Virus record (IMG/VR): IMGVR_UViG_2563366990_000018
Strand: one strand, 5' to 3'
Length of the DNA stretch: 7,908 nt
Origin: a virus
Lineage: Duplodnaviria; Heunggongvirae; Uroviricota; Caudoviricetes
Shown: piece by piece, positions 1 to 6,811 of the stretch
Position numbering within the stretch: the stretch's first letter is position 1
How the letters are laid out: each line of letters opens with the position of its first letter
The notes under the pieces: generated by a model
Told to the model about the DNA's origin: nothing
Seen by the model: only the letters and a program-made list of their open reading frames with translations
Databases searched by the model: none
Position numbers and translations under genes: made by a program

Positions 1-672
1 TTATTCCTGTGCCCAGCCAACCCTGTATGCCAGTATCTCATCCGCACTGGTCAGCTTTTCCAGCTCTTTCTTCATGGTGCGCTGCCGGACGTGGATTTCC
101 ATCCCTTTGGTGAACATCGCCTGCTCTGCCGCTTCACTCAGTGCTATAAGCTCTTCTGCTGTCACCTCCACATCATTGTTTTCCGCATCCGTCCAGAAAA
201 ACGCCTCCGGCAGTTTCCCCGATTTCGCTGCCGCCACCGACGGCTCAAGACGCGTCTGCGTTGACTTCCCGTAGTCCCATTTACGCCCATTGTGCTCAAA
301 CGTGTAGTTCGCCGCTTCCATCGCATTACGCCAGGCGTTAATTTCATCGCCCTTCATCCCTCGCGCTTTCTCCGCGGTCAGCAGGTCCGTGATTTTCTCC
401 CCGTCAAAACCCCAGCGCCCCGAGATGTCAGCTTTGCGGTTTTCTTCCGTATCCGCCACCTCCACCACACTCTGGCCCACTGGCCACAGAACTGATGCCA
501 CCCTGCTGATGCCGGTAATGACCCCGGCACTGTTATAAACCACCTTCAGCGTCTCTGCTGAAAATAACGACTGACACTCATACCAGTCCTGACCATCCTC
601 TGATTTCAGGTACATCGCACCCGGCACATCCGGATTTTCCGGCGTGTATTGTCTGAAATTCTTTATGTGCAT
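1..672 (-). CDS. tfa: Phage tail fibre assembly protein (Tfa-family chaperone), 223 aa
   Basis: Complete ORF: ATG at 670-672 on the minus strand with a GGGAGGA Shine-Dalgarno upstream, TAA stop at 1-3. The N-terminal ~100 aa (SEDGQDWYE ... VVEVAD ... RKADISGRWGFDG) match my recollection of the Tfa / P2 gpG tail-fibre assembly family. It lies 41 nt downstream of stf, as tfa does in lambda. The C-terminal ~110 aa could not be placed from memory. Confidence 0.8.
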   Translation of the reverse strand: MHIKNFRQYTPENPDVPGAMYLKSEDGQDWYECQSLFSAETLKVVYNSAGVITGISRVASVLWPVGQSVVEVADTEENRKADISGRWGFDGEKITDLLTAEKARGMKGDEINAWRNAMEAANYTFEHNGRKWDYGKSTQTRLEPSVAAAKSGKLPEAFFWTDAENNDVEVTAEELIALSEAAEQAMFTKGMEIHVRQRTMKKELEKLTSADEILAYRVGWAQE

Positions 673-713
673 CTGTAAGTCCTCCCGGTTACATGTCTGA
701 AAGATGATGCGCT

Positions 714-2441
714 TTATAATGGAAAATACTCAAACCCCGAAGCTCCTGACGACACATACTCACCCACGCTGACTGTACGCCACTGAGAACCATCAAATGT
801 CACCTGAAGCGGCCTGTAAGATACCCTGTCAATAAGGGTTTTGTTTCCGTCGTTGTAACCGCCAATCCCCGTAATCATTGCACCAATATCCAAATCCACT
901 GCCCATGTAGTGCTGTCTGTTTGCGGCGCATAAGTCTGTTTATTACCCAGCCTGATACCCACAACCCGGCTCTTCCCGTCTGATGTCCCGGGCGGCCCCA
1001 TCGGCCCGGTTTCTCCACGCTCACCTCTGGGACCGGGGTCGCCTTTCTCCCCTTTCGGTCCCTGCGCTCCCCGCGGACCAGCAGGACCTGTTGCTCCCGT
1101 TTCACCTTTCGGACCCTGTGCTCCGGGGTCGCCTTTCTCTCCTTTCGGACCGGGAACACCACCTCCTGCTGCAGCCTCTTCTGCCTTTGTTTTCGCTTCA
1201 TTTGCCACATCCATTGCCGCCTTCACGGCCTTCGGCGTGGCTGCCTTTGTTTCGTCATTACTGCCAGTATCACTGCTTAACTGCACCACACCTTTCTGCG
1301 TCGTGCTGGCATCCCGCTGGCTGACCGTATCCGGTTTGTTTTTTGTGCTGTAATCCACCCGCCAGTGGAAATACTGTGTGTCGCCGTAAACCGTACAGGT
1401 ACAGACCGTGCCATTAATAAACCCCGTTGCACCGTATTCGCCAATGGTGACCCGGACTATGGCAGCCTCATACGTTCCCATCACCTCAATGACACAGCCA
1501 CCCAGATTGAGTTTTCCCGGTCCGACATCCGTGATGACTTTATTGAGTACCGCAGGCAGTGATGCCTTCATCATCCAGTAAGGCTGGTCAAATGCCCCTT
1601 TTTCTTTCAGCCAGGCGACAAACTCGCTCGTGGTCCATTCACCGGCCCCCGTATGAATGTCCCGCCCGTATACTCTGGCTGCTCCCACGGTGTTCAGAAA
1701 CTTCACCTTATCCGGGATATCGTCACCGTTTTTCGCTTTCTCCAGGCATCCGTCCGCTTTGTCCATTGCCGCTTTCACCGCTTTCGGGGTGGCTGCCTTC
1801 GTTTCATCATCACTGTCCGTTGCGCTGCTTAACTGCACAATTCCCTTCTGTGCCGTCGTCGCATCCGGTCCTCCCGGCTCGCCTTTTTCGCCCTTCTCTC
1901 CCCGTTCACCTTTCACACCCTGAAGCCCCTGTGGTCCTGTCTCACCACGCTCACCCTTTGGCCCCCGCTCGCCGGTATCGCCTTTTGGCCCGGGAATACC
2001 CTGCGGCCCGGTGTCTCCCTTATCCCCCTTCGGTCCCCGCGCATTCTCTGCCCGTTTCTTCGCTTCCTCTGCACTGGCCGCTGACGCTTCTGCACGTTTC
2101 AGGATTTCCGCTGCCACCGCTTCCAGCTCTGCAAGGGCTTTCGGGTAATACTGTGCGTCTTCCAGGTCCATCAGAAATTTATTCAGCGTTCCCGGTGCAG
2201 AATCCGCCTTCACCAGAATGTCACCCACATATGACGGCGCGTACCCTTCCGTGTTCAGCGTCACCCGGTACAACCCCGGCTCAACATCCATACTGTAACT
2301 GCCGGTTTCCCCCGGCTGACCATACGCCACCGTGGTGACAATCACCGTCTCCGTTGTGCGGCGCGCTTTCAGCTCTATCGTGCATCCCGGTACCGCTGTT
2401 CCCGTACCATCCTTCAGCACACCCGATATTCTGACTGTCAT
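714..2441 (-). CDS. stf: Side tail fibre protein with collagen-like Gly-X-Y tracts, 575 aa
   Basis: The N-terminus ([14 protein letters not shown]...CTIELKARR) closely resembles the lambda Stf N-terminus as I remember it. Two collagen-like Gly-X-Y tracts (aa 136-192 and 426-485) and two copies of the phage tail-fibre repeat motif (QKG[IV][23 protein letters not shown], aa 195-227 and 379-411). ATG at 2439-2441 preceded by a GGGGGA Shine-Dalgarno. Confidence 0.85.
   Translation of the reverse strand: MTVRISGVLKDGTGTAVPGCTIELKARRTTETVIVTTVAYGQPGETGSYSMDVEPGLYRVTLNTEGYAPSYVGDILVKADSAPGTLNKFLMDLEDAQYYPKALAELEAVAAEILKRAEASAASAEEAKKRAENARGPKGDKGDTGPQGIPGPKGDTGERGPKGERGETGPQGLQGVKGERGEKGEKGEPGGPDATTAQKGIVQLSSATDSDDETKAATPKAVKAAMDKADGCLEKAKNGDDIPDKVKFLNTVGAARVYGRDIHTGAGEWTTSEFVAWLKEKGAFDQPYWMMKASLPAVLNKVITDVGPGKLNLGGCVIEVMGTYEAAIVRVTIGEYGATGFINGTVCTCTVYGDTQYFHWRVDYSTKNKPDTVSQRDASTTQKGVVQLSSDTGSNDETKAATPKAVKAAMDVANEAKTKAEEAAAGGGVPGPKGEKGDPGAQGPKGETGATGPAGPRGAQGPKGEKGDPGPRGERGETGPMGPPGTSDGKSRVVGIRLGNKQTYAPQTDSTTWAVDLDIGAMITGIGGYNDGNKTLIDRVSYRPLQVTFDGSQWRTVSVGEYVSSGASGFEYFPL
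987..1166 (-). repeat. Collagen-like Gly-X-Y triplet-repeat coding tract 2 of stf, with an internal imperfect ~32-bp direct repeat (1033-1064 and 1125-1156)
   Basis: Translation is an uninterrupted G-X-Y run ([10 protein letters not shown]...). The two 32-bp DNA copies are visibly near-identical. Confidence 0.8.
1211..1314 (-). repeat. Copy 2 of a ~104-bp imperfect direct repeat inside stf (copy 1 at 1763-1866), encoding the duplicated tail-fibre repeat motif
   Basis: Hand alignment of 1211-1314 against 1763-1866 gives about 80% identity. Confidence 0.7.
1763..1866 (-). repeat. Copy 1 of the ~104-bp imperfect direct repeat inside stf
   Basis: See copy 2 at 1211-1314. Confidence 0.7.
1866..2036 (-). 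repeat. Collagen-like Gly-X-Y triplet-repeat coding tract 1 of stf
   Basis: Translation [57 protein letters not shown]. Confidence 0.8.
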
Positions 2442-2454
2442 GGATTTCCCCCAT

Positions 2455-2488
2455 AAAAAAACCGCAGTACCGGTTTCCCGGCCTGCGG
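2455..2488 (-). terminator. Rho-independent terminator on the minus strand, ending the putative Hok-like transcript 13 nt before the stf start codon
   Basis: Stem ccgcag(ta)ccgg / ccgg(c)ctgcgg (2462-2488) with a tttc loop, followed on the minus strand by a run of 7 T (plus-strand A-run 2455-2461). Confidence 0.55.
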
Positions 2489-2517
2489 TAAAATTTGTGG
2501 TTTGTTGGTGTTAAAAC

Positions 2518-2540
2518 GGTGCCATCCGGCTGACCACCCT
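2518..2540 (-). other. 3' element of a long-range complementary pair (fbi-like), partner at 2849-2872
   Basis: Plus strand 2518-2533 reads GGTGCC-atcc-GGCTGA. The minus strand of 2849-2872 reads GGTGCC-ttt-GGCTGA, so in a minus-strand transcript the two ends could form two 6-bp helices around a small internal loop. Confidence 0.35.
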
Positions 2541-2551
2541 CAGCAACCGGT

Positions 2552-2574
2552 CGGCGGGGGATATTCTCCCCCGC
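2552..2574. other. Perfect 9-bp GC-rich hairpin (ggcggggga-tattc-tcccccgcc), 10 nt past the Hok-like stop codon
   Basis: Exact inverted repeat in the sequence. No clean T-tract on the minus strand; a weak one (acggtttctt) on the plus strand. Probably mRNA 3' structure. Confidence 0.4.
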
Positions 2575-2583
2575 CACGGTTTC

Positions 2584-2724
2584 TTACTGCTTACACTGTA
2601 AGAACGCCGCAATCTCCGCGCCCGCTATCCGGAACCGGAACTCGCACAGTGAACTGTGGGTGATCCAGATAATGAGCACTACCGTGATACAAATCACGGT
2701 GGTTTTTAACGGTTTTTGCGACAT
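2584..2724 (-). CDS. Hok/Gef-family-like type I toxin, 46-aa small hydrophobic peptide (MSQKPLKTTVICITVVLIIWITHSSLCEFRFRIAGAEIAAFLQCKQ)
   Basis: Hand translation of the minus strand, too short to appear in the ORF track. ATG at 2722-2724 with an AAGGAG Shine-Dalgarno 8 nt upstream, TAA stop at 2584-2586. Hydrophobic N-terminal helix followed by SLCEFRFR...EIAAF, which matches the Hok-family signature as I remember it (Hok: [21 protein letters not shown]). Confidence 0.55.
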   Translation of the reverse strand: MSQKPLKTTVICITVVLIIWITHSSLCEFRFRIAGAEIAAFLQCKQ

Positions 2725-2800
2725 AACGCTTGCTCCTTTTACGGAGAGGCGCTAACCTTCTTCTTGCTGAAGGAAGAACGTCAGGCCTCGGGTTAAACAT
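2591..2800 (-). CDS. mok-like overlapping reading frame (69 codons) spanning the Hok-like ORF in another frame
   Basis: ORF-track entry. It starts 76 nt upstream of the Hok-like start and ends 7 nt before the Hok-like stop, the same geometry as mok/hok on plasmid R1. No sequence similarity is claimed; it could be a chance ORF. Confidence 0.25.
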   Translation of the reverse strand: MFNPRPDVLPSARRRLAPLRKRSKRYVAKTVKNHRDLYHGSAHYLDHPQFTVRVPVPDSGRGDCGVLTV

Positions 2801-2848
2801 GAATGTTTGTCCGGGGCCTTCGTCTTTCCGGCCTTCAGGTGTTCCCTC

Positions 2849-2872
2849 CGGCCATCAGCCAAAGGCACCCGC
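2849..2872 (-). other. 5' element of the long-range complementary pair (tac-like), partner at 2518-2540
   Basis: See partner feature. Confidence 0.35.
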
Positions 2873-2876
2873 ACAT

Positions 2877-2905
2877 AATGTACGGTTTTTGTATCCTTCC
2901 GGCAA
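2877..2905 (-). promoter_or_regulatory. Putative sigma-70 promoter for the Hok-like mRNA (TTGCCG - 17 nt - TACATT)
   Basis: Hexamers read on the minus strand (plus coordinates 2900-2905 and 2877-2882) with a 17-nt spacer. The predicted start near 2870 would place the 5' end at the complementary element 2849-2872 and give an mRNA of about 415 nt ending at the 2455-2488 terminator. Confidence 0.3.
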
Positions 2906-2921
2906 TCCCGGGGCGCGATGT

Positions 2922-5900
2922 TCAGCGGATACTGATCCCCGCGCTGTTTTTCTTCACCACTATCGCCTGAAGGTTACTGATACGTGAACTGCCAAAACTC
3001 CCGTTCTGACGCCGTGAACTTACGGTAAAACTCAGGGTGATATGACCACCTCCGGCTGGCATATCGATGATCCCGCTGAAAATTCCCGGCTCTGTCACTG
3101 ACCTGCCGGAATAAATCCGGCGTCCGTTCTGATCAACATGCAGGAAGCACTCTGTCCAGATGTCATTACTGGTGCGGGATTCCTGTTTTGACCCGACATA
3201 GATTATCGGCGGGATTATAATCTGCCGGTCAAAGCTGTGATCGTCATACACCGTCAGCGTTCGTGTACCGTTCGCAAGGTAACTACCATCCACCGGAAAA
3301 GCCACCCCTGCACATTTCACAAGATCACCAATAATGTTCTCCGCTTTCAGCGTGCCATTTATCGTACAGTTCTCCGCTATCACGACATTATTCAGCGTGC
3401 CCGAGTTCGCACTGATATGTCCGCTGATGTCAGCATTGCGGGCCGTCAGCCTGCCCTCCGGCGTCAGGGAGAACGTCGGGGGATTGCCGGACGAGGTGAT
3501 GCTCACTGCAAACAGTCGCTTCAGGAACACGTCGTTCATGAACAGCTGATTCCCCTGCGCCACAAACAGCGGCGTGGTGTTGCCGTTCTCCGGGTTAATC
3601 ATCGCGATACGGTCCGCCTGCAGCAGTATATTGCTCAGGGGCTGGCCATCAGCATCCTCAATCCCCGCACCAATACCGGCAACATACGGAATGCCGTTTT
3701 TCGTTTTCTGCACCTTCAGCATGTACAGCGCAGCCAGGTCGTTATTTGTGTCTGCCTGCACCCGCTGTATCTGCTGTATGGTGGCACTCTGGTCTTCCAG
3801 GGTTTTACTGACCGTCTGCGTGATTTCATTGCGGGTTTCTGTGATGGTGGTCTTCATCTCCGCCATCTCATCATCAAGCTGGCTGTTATCAATCAGCTCC
3901 CACATCCCCTGTGCCAGATGTGTCTTCCCGATTTCTCCTCTGAAAAAGTCCAGATACCCTTCTGCATCATTGCTGGCCCGGCCACTGGCTTCCACAAACG
4001 CAGATTTCCCCACCAGATTGACGCTGCGCACATAAAACCAGAAATCCTTCCCCGGCTTAATGTGCGGGCCGGAGACACTCCACTGGCGGCCTGTCCCCAG
4101 ATAACGGGCAGAGGTTTCCACCTGAGATGTGTCTGCGATTTTTGCCTCCGAAAACCAGAACTCAAACTGTACCGTCGGGTCATACACCGTAAGATGCGGG
4201 ACCGCCGTTATCTGATAATACCCCGGCGTCAGTTCAATGCTGGCCGGTGCTGCCGGTGCGTTAATCCGGAACGTGGTGGTGGCAGGTTCGCCCTGCTGGC
4301 CGTAGCTGTTTATCGCCCTGACCGTCAGGGTGTATTCCCCCAGAGGCAGGCCACTGAAACGGTGCTCCGTGTCGGCAGTGATGGCGGTGGTCACCAGGCG
4401 GCTGTTTTCACCACTGCCACTGGTCAGGCGCAGACTGAAGCGCACGCCCTTCACCACCCGCGGCGTGTCCCATTTCGCCAGCGCCAGATACTGGCCGTCT
4501 GAGGCACTCACCTCCACCGTGAGGTGCTGCACAGCCGGCGGGATGACGCTGTTCAGTGAACCGGACATCGGCTCAAAGCGGGCCCCGTTATCCACGATGG
4601 CTTCTTTTTCCGGTACGTGCTGCACTGCCGTGATGGCAAAGGTGCCGTCCGTGTTTTCCCGGATGGAAACACAGCGGAACAGGCGACGACGCAGTGACGG
4701 CAGGGAGAGTCCCCACACACCGTATGCCTCCACGCCATCCGGCAGGGCGCTGACCTGTATCCGGTCCGGGGCGGGGTGTGCAGTGATGTCCACGCGCACC
4801 GGCTTACCGCTGCCGTTAATCAGGTTCACCGTCGATGTACCTGTCTCCGGCAGTGTCACCTCACGGTCCAGCGTCAGTGTGCGGCTGGCGGCATCGATGG
4901 ACAGGATACGTCCGCCGGTCAGGGTCCCGGCATAGTCGTTATCACAGATTTCAATGATGTCACCGGGCGTGTGCCGCAGCCCCTGTGACCCGAGCGTGAA
5001 ATCCACCGTCTGCGTTTCCAGCAGTTCTGTCTTTATTACCCACAGTCCGGCACGGTGGGCCTGACCGCGGCTGGTACAGCCGAACGCGTCCATCTTCAGC
5101 AGGTTGCGCCCGTAGCGCAGGATGGCGTCCGGGTCTTCCACCAGTTCCGTGGAAGTCTGCCAGCCGTTCTGCGGGTCGGTGTAATTCACCTCCACCGCCG
5201 TGTGCCGGTCCTTCAGGGCACTGAAGCTGTAGCGGAACCCCACGCCGTTATCATCCACCACCACATCGCTGTTGGTGTAGGGCCACACCACATCCGACGG
5301 ACGGTCCTGAACGAACGTCAGCGTCTGGCCGTTCCATACCGGCATACAGCGCATCGCCGAGCAGAAATCCCCCAGAACATCCCAGACCTTACGCTGCTGT
5401 GACAGGTACGCATTGAAGGTCATCCGCGGCTCTGTTCCCCCGAAACCATCCGGGACCGTCTGGTCACAGTACTGCCCGATGGCATACAGTGCCCACTTGT
5501 CCACATCCGCGGCCCCCAGGCGTTTTCCCATCCCGTAGCGCGGGTGGGTCAGCATGTCCCACAGGCACCAGGCCGGGTTATTGCTGTATGCCGGTTTCAG
5601 ACTGCCGTCCCAGATACCGCTGTAGGTGCGTTTTTCCGGGTCATAGTTTGACGGCACCTGAATGATGCGACCACGGATATGGTAGTTCACCGTCAGCTGC
5701 TGGCCACCAAACTGCTCCGCATCCACCTGCAGCCCCACAATGGCCGTGTTCGGGTAGCACTGTTTCACATCGATGATTTCGGTGTATGACGACCACAGCG
5801 TTCTGTTCTGCAGCTGGTCCGTGGTGCTGTCCGCCGTCTCCCTGACCATCCGGATGTTAAAGGGGCGCTCAGGGAGATTATTCAGAATCACCGACGTCAG

Positions 5901-6389
5901 GTACTGCGAGGTGGTCTTGCCGTTAATGGTGACATCCTTCTCCGTCACCCAGTGCCCGTTACGCTCAAGCTGAATCAGCAGGCGGACAGAAGAGGGATTA
6001 CGGTCACCCTTTGAGGTGGTCTCCACCAGTGACTGCACCCCGAAGGTGACCCGCAGACGGTCAATGTTCGCTGACGTGATGGTGCGCGTCACCGGCTTTG
6101 CCTTCGTCACCTCCACGCCCAGTGCGGTTTCTGCCCCGGAGGACTCAAAGCCTTCCGGCGGTGTCTGCTCCTGCTCCCCGGCACGCCAGACGGCGGTCAC
6201 ACCGTGTATCACGGGATTACCGTCCGTGTCCGTCAGCGGGGTTTTGTTCACCAGAATACTCTGCAGTCCCTTCACCGGACCTTCCACCGGTCCCTCACCA
6301 ATGGCATCAATCACGCTCATCATCTGCGTGGATTTGAGATTGTCCTTCGCCTCACGCGGTGTGTGCCCCTTGCCGCCCCCTTTACCCAC
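2922..6389 (-). CDS. J: Tail tip attachment / host specificity protein J (central tail fibre), 1155 aa
   Basis: Collinear similarity to lambda gpJ as I recall it, from the N-terminus ([22 protein letters not shown]...) to the C-terminus (...[11 protein letters not shown]); the middle region (around [12 protein letters not shown]...) is divergent. GTG start at 6387-6389 with a GGAGAGGGGGA Shine-Dalgarno; upstream in-frame stop at 6465-6467; TGA stop at 2922-2924. Confidence 0.95.
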   Translation of the reverse strand: MGKGGGKGHTPREAKDNLKSTQMMSVIDAIGEGPVEGPVKGLQSILVNKTPLTDTDGNPVIHGVTAVWRAGEQEQTPPEGFESSGAETALGVEVTKAKPVTRTITSANIDRLRVTFGVQSLVETTSKGDRNPSSVRLLIQLERNGHWVTEKDVTINGKTTSQYLTSVILNNLPERPFNIRMVRETADSTTDQLQNRTLWSSYTEIIDVKQCYPNTAIVGLQVDAEQFGGQQLTVNYHIRGRIIQVPSNYDPEKRTYSGIWDGSLKPAYSNNPAWCLWDMLTHPRYGMGKRLGAADVDKWALYAIGQYCDQTVPDGFGGTEPRMTFNAYLSQQRKVWDVLGDFCSAMRCMPVWNGQTLTFVQDRPSDVVWPYTNSDVVVDDNGVGFRYSFSALKDRHTAVEVNYTDPQNGWQTSTELVEDPDAILRYGRNLLKMDAFGCTSRGQAHRAGLWVIKTELLETQTVDFTLGSQGLRHTPGDIIEICDNDYAGTLTGGRILSIDAASRTLTLDREVTLPETGTSTVNLINGSGKPVRVDITAHPAPDRIQVSALPDGVEAYGVWGLSLPSLRRRLFRCVSIRENTDGTFAITAVQHVPEKEAIVDNGARFEPMSGSLNSVIPPAVQHLTVEVSASDGQYLALAKWDTPRVVKGVRFSLRLTSGSGENSRLVTTAITADTEHRFSGLPLGEYTLTVRAINSYGQQGEPATTTFRINAPAAPASIELTPGYYQITAVPHLTVYDPTVQFEFWFSEAKIADTSQVETSARYLGTGRQWSVSGPHIKPGKDFWFYVRSVNLVGKSAFVEASGRASNDAEGYLDFFRGEIGKTHLAQGMWELIDNSQLDDEMAEMKTTITETRNEITQTVSKTLEDQSATIQQIQRVQADTNNDLAALYMLKVQKTKNGIPYVAGIGAGIEDADGQPLSNILLQADRIAMINPENGNTTPLFVAQGNQLFMNDVFLKRLFAVSITSSGNPPTFSLTPEGRLTARNADISGHISANSGTLNNVVIAENCTINGTLKAENIIGDLVKCAGVAFPVDGSYLANGTRTLTVYDDHSFDRQIIIPPIIYVGSKQESRTSNDIWTECFLHVDQNGRRIYSGRSVTEPGIFSGIIDMPAGGGHITLSFTVSSRRQNGSFGSSRISNLQAIVVKKNSAGISIR

Positions 6390-6430
6390 TCTGTCCCCCT
6401 CTCCTGTCTGATGTCTGAATCTGTTTATGC

Positions 6431-6462
6431 CAGAAAACGACAGGCACCCCGGAGGGTGCCTG
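6431..6462 (-). terminator. Intrinsic terminator-like hairpin on the minus strand, about 50 nt upstream of the J start
   Basis: Perfect 9-bp stem caggcaccc / gggtgcctg with a 4-nt loop (6441-6462), followed on the minus strand by TCGTTTTCTG. Confidence 0.45.
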
Positions 6463-6476
6463 TGTCATGACGGAAT

Positions 6477-6513
6477 AAAATTTCTGAAATTCTTCACATT
6501 TCCGGCAAATTCC
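6477..6513. repeat. Box A: 37-bp direct repeat (aaaatttctgaaattcttcacatttccggcaaattcc), copy 1
   Basis: 34 of 37 positions identical to box B at 6656-6692, including a 22-nt perfect block; the copies are 179 bp apart. Confidence 0.85.
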
Positions 6514-6597
6514 CGTGGAGGAAACCTTGCCGGATGGGTAGATTACCTGCGGTCAATAAAAGCAATTAATCGCAACTCCTTAAGGTGACTATTCGTT

Positions 6598-6641
6598 CCT
6601 CCCGTTAATATCCAGGTGTATTGCGGGAGCGTTTTTTATTT
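6598..6641 (+). terminator. Weak terminator-like structure on the plus strand at the end of unit A
   Basis: cctcccg ... cgggag stem (6598-6629) with possible inner aata/tatt pairing, followed by GTTTTTTATTT. An alternative hairpin gcgggagc / gctccgc (6623-6650) lies around the T-tract. Confidence 0.3.
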
Positions 6642-6655
6642 CAGCTCCGCAACAG

Positions 6656-6692
6656 AAAATTTCTGAAATTCTTCACACTTCCGGCAATTGCC
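6656..6692. repeat. Box B: 37-bp direct repeat, copy 2
   Basis: See box A. Confidence 0.85.
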
Positions 6693-6772
6693 TGTAGCCG
6701 CAATAATGACGCTGCGTTACTGTTCTTCTGCCCAAAAAAATAACTCCATAACGTTAATCTTCATCGTTATTT

Positions 6773-6807
6773 CCCGCAGCTCCGCTAACTCTGCGGGATT
6801 TTTTTTT
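6773..6807 (+). terminator. Rho-independent terminator on the plus strand, antisense to the late operon; its T-tract runs up to the gene I stop codon
   Basis: 7-bp stem cccgcag / ctgcggg (6773-6797) with an 11-nt loop, followed by a run of 9 T (6799-6807) and then ATTTTT. Confidence 0.5.
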
Positions 6808-6811
6808 ATTT

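Noticed and set aside
875-1324. 111-aa minus-strand and 113-aa plus-strand ORFs inside the stf collagen-like tract
   Set aside because: Alternative-frame readings of the Gly-X-Y repeat region, giving Arg/Lys- or Pro/Leu-rich low-complexity products.
1559-2338. 259-aa proline-rich ORF on the plus strand inside stf
   Set aside because: It is the antisense reading of the Gly-X-Y collagen-like tracts (GGN triplets read as NCC), hence the Pro/Ser/Leu-rich low-complexity product; an artefact.
2730-2987. 85-aa plus-strand ORF across the J-stf spacer and the J 3' end
   Set aside because: Non-ATG start, no Shine-Dalgarno, low-complexity product, and it overlaps the J stop region and the Hok-like leader on the opposite strand.
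3237-4502. 421-aa ORF on the plus strand inside J
   Set aside because: It is entirely antisense to the well-supported J gene, has no recognisable motifs, and long antisense ORFs are common in GC-rich coding DNA.
6098-6470. Plus-strand ORFs of 79-131 aa overlapping the J 5' end
   Set aside because: Antisense to J, no start-site support.
6717-6764. 15-codon minus-strand ORF (MKINVMELFFWAEEQ), plus 11- and 12-codon plus-strand ORFs at 6534-6569 and 6706-6744, in the I-J spacer
   Set aside because: Very short, not conserved between the two repeat units, weak or absent ribosome-binding sites except a GGAGG before the 11-codon ORF; kept only as a remote leader-peptide possibility.
6390-6811. Sigma-70 promoters within the repeat boxes
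   Set aside because: Both strands were scanned; only weak hexamers such as TTGCCG - 17 nt - AGAAAT on the minus strand, which lacks the conserved second-position A of the -10 element. No promoter is asserted.
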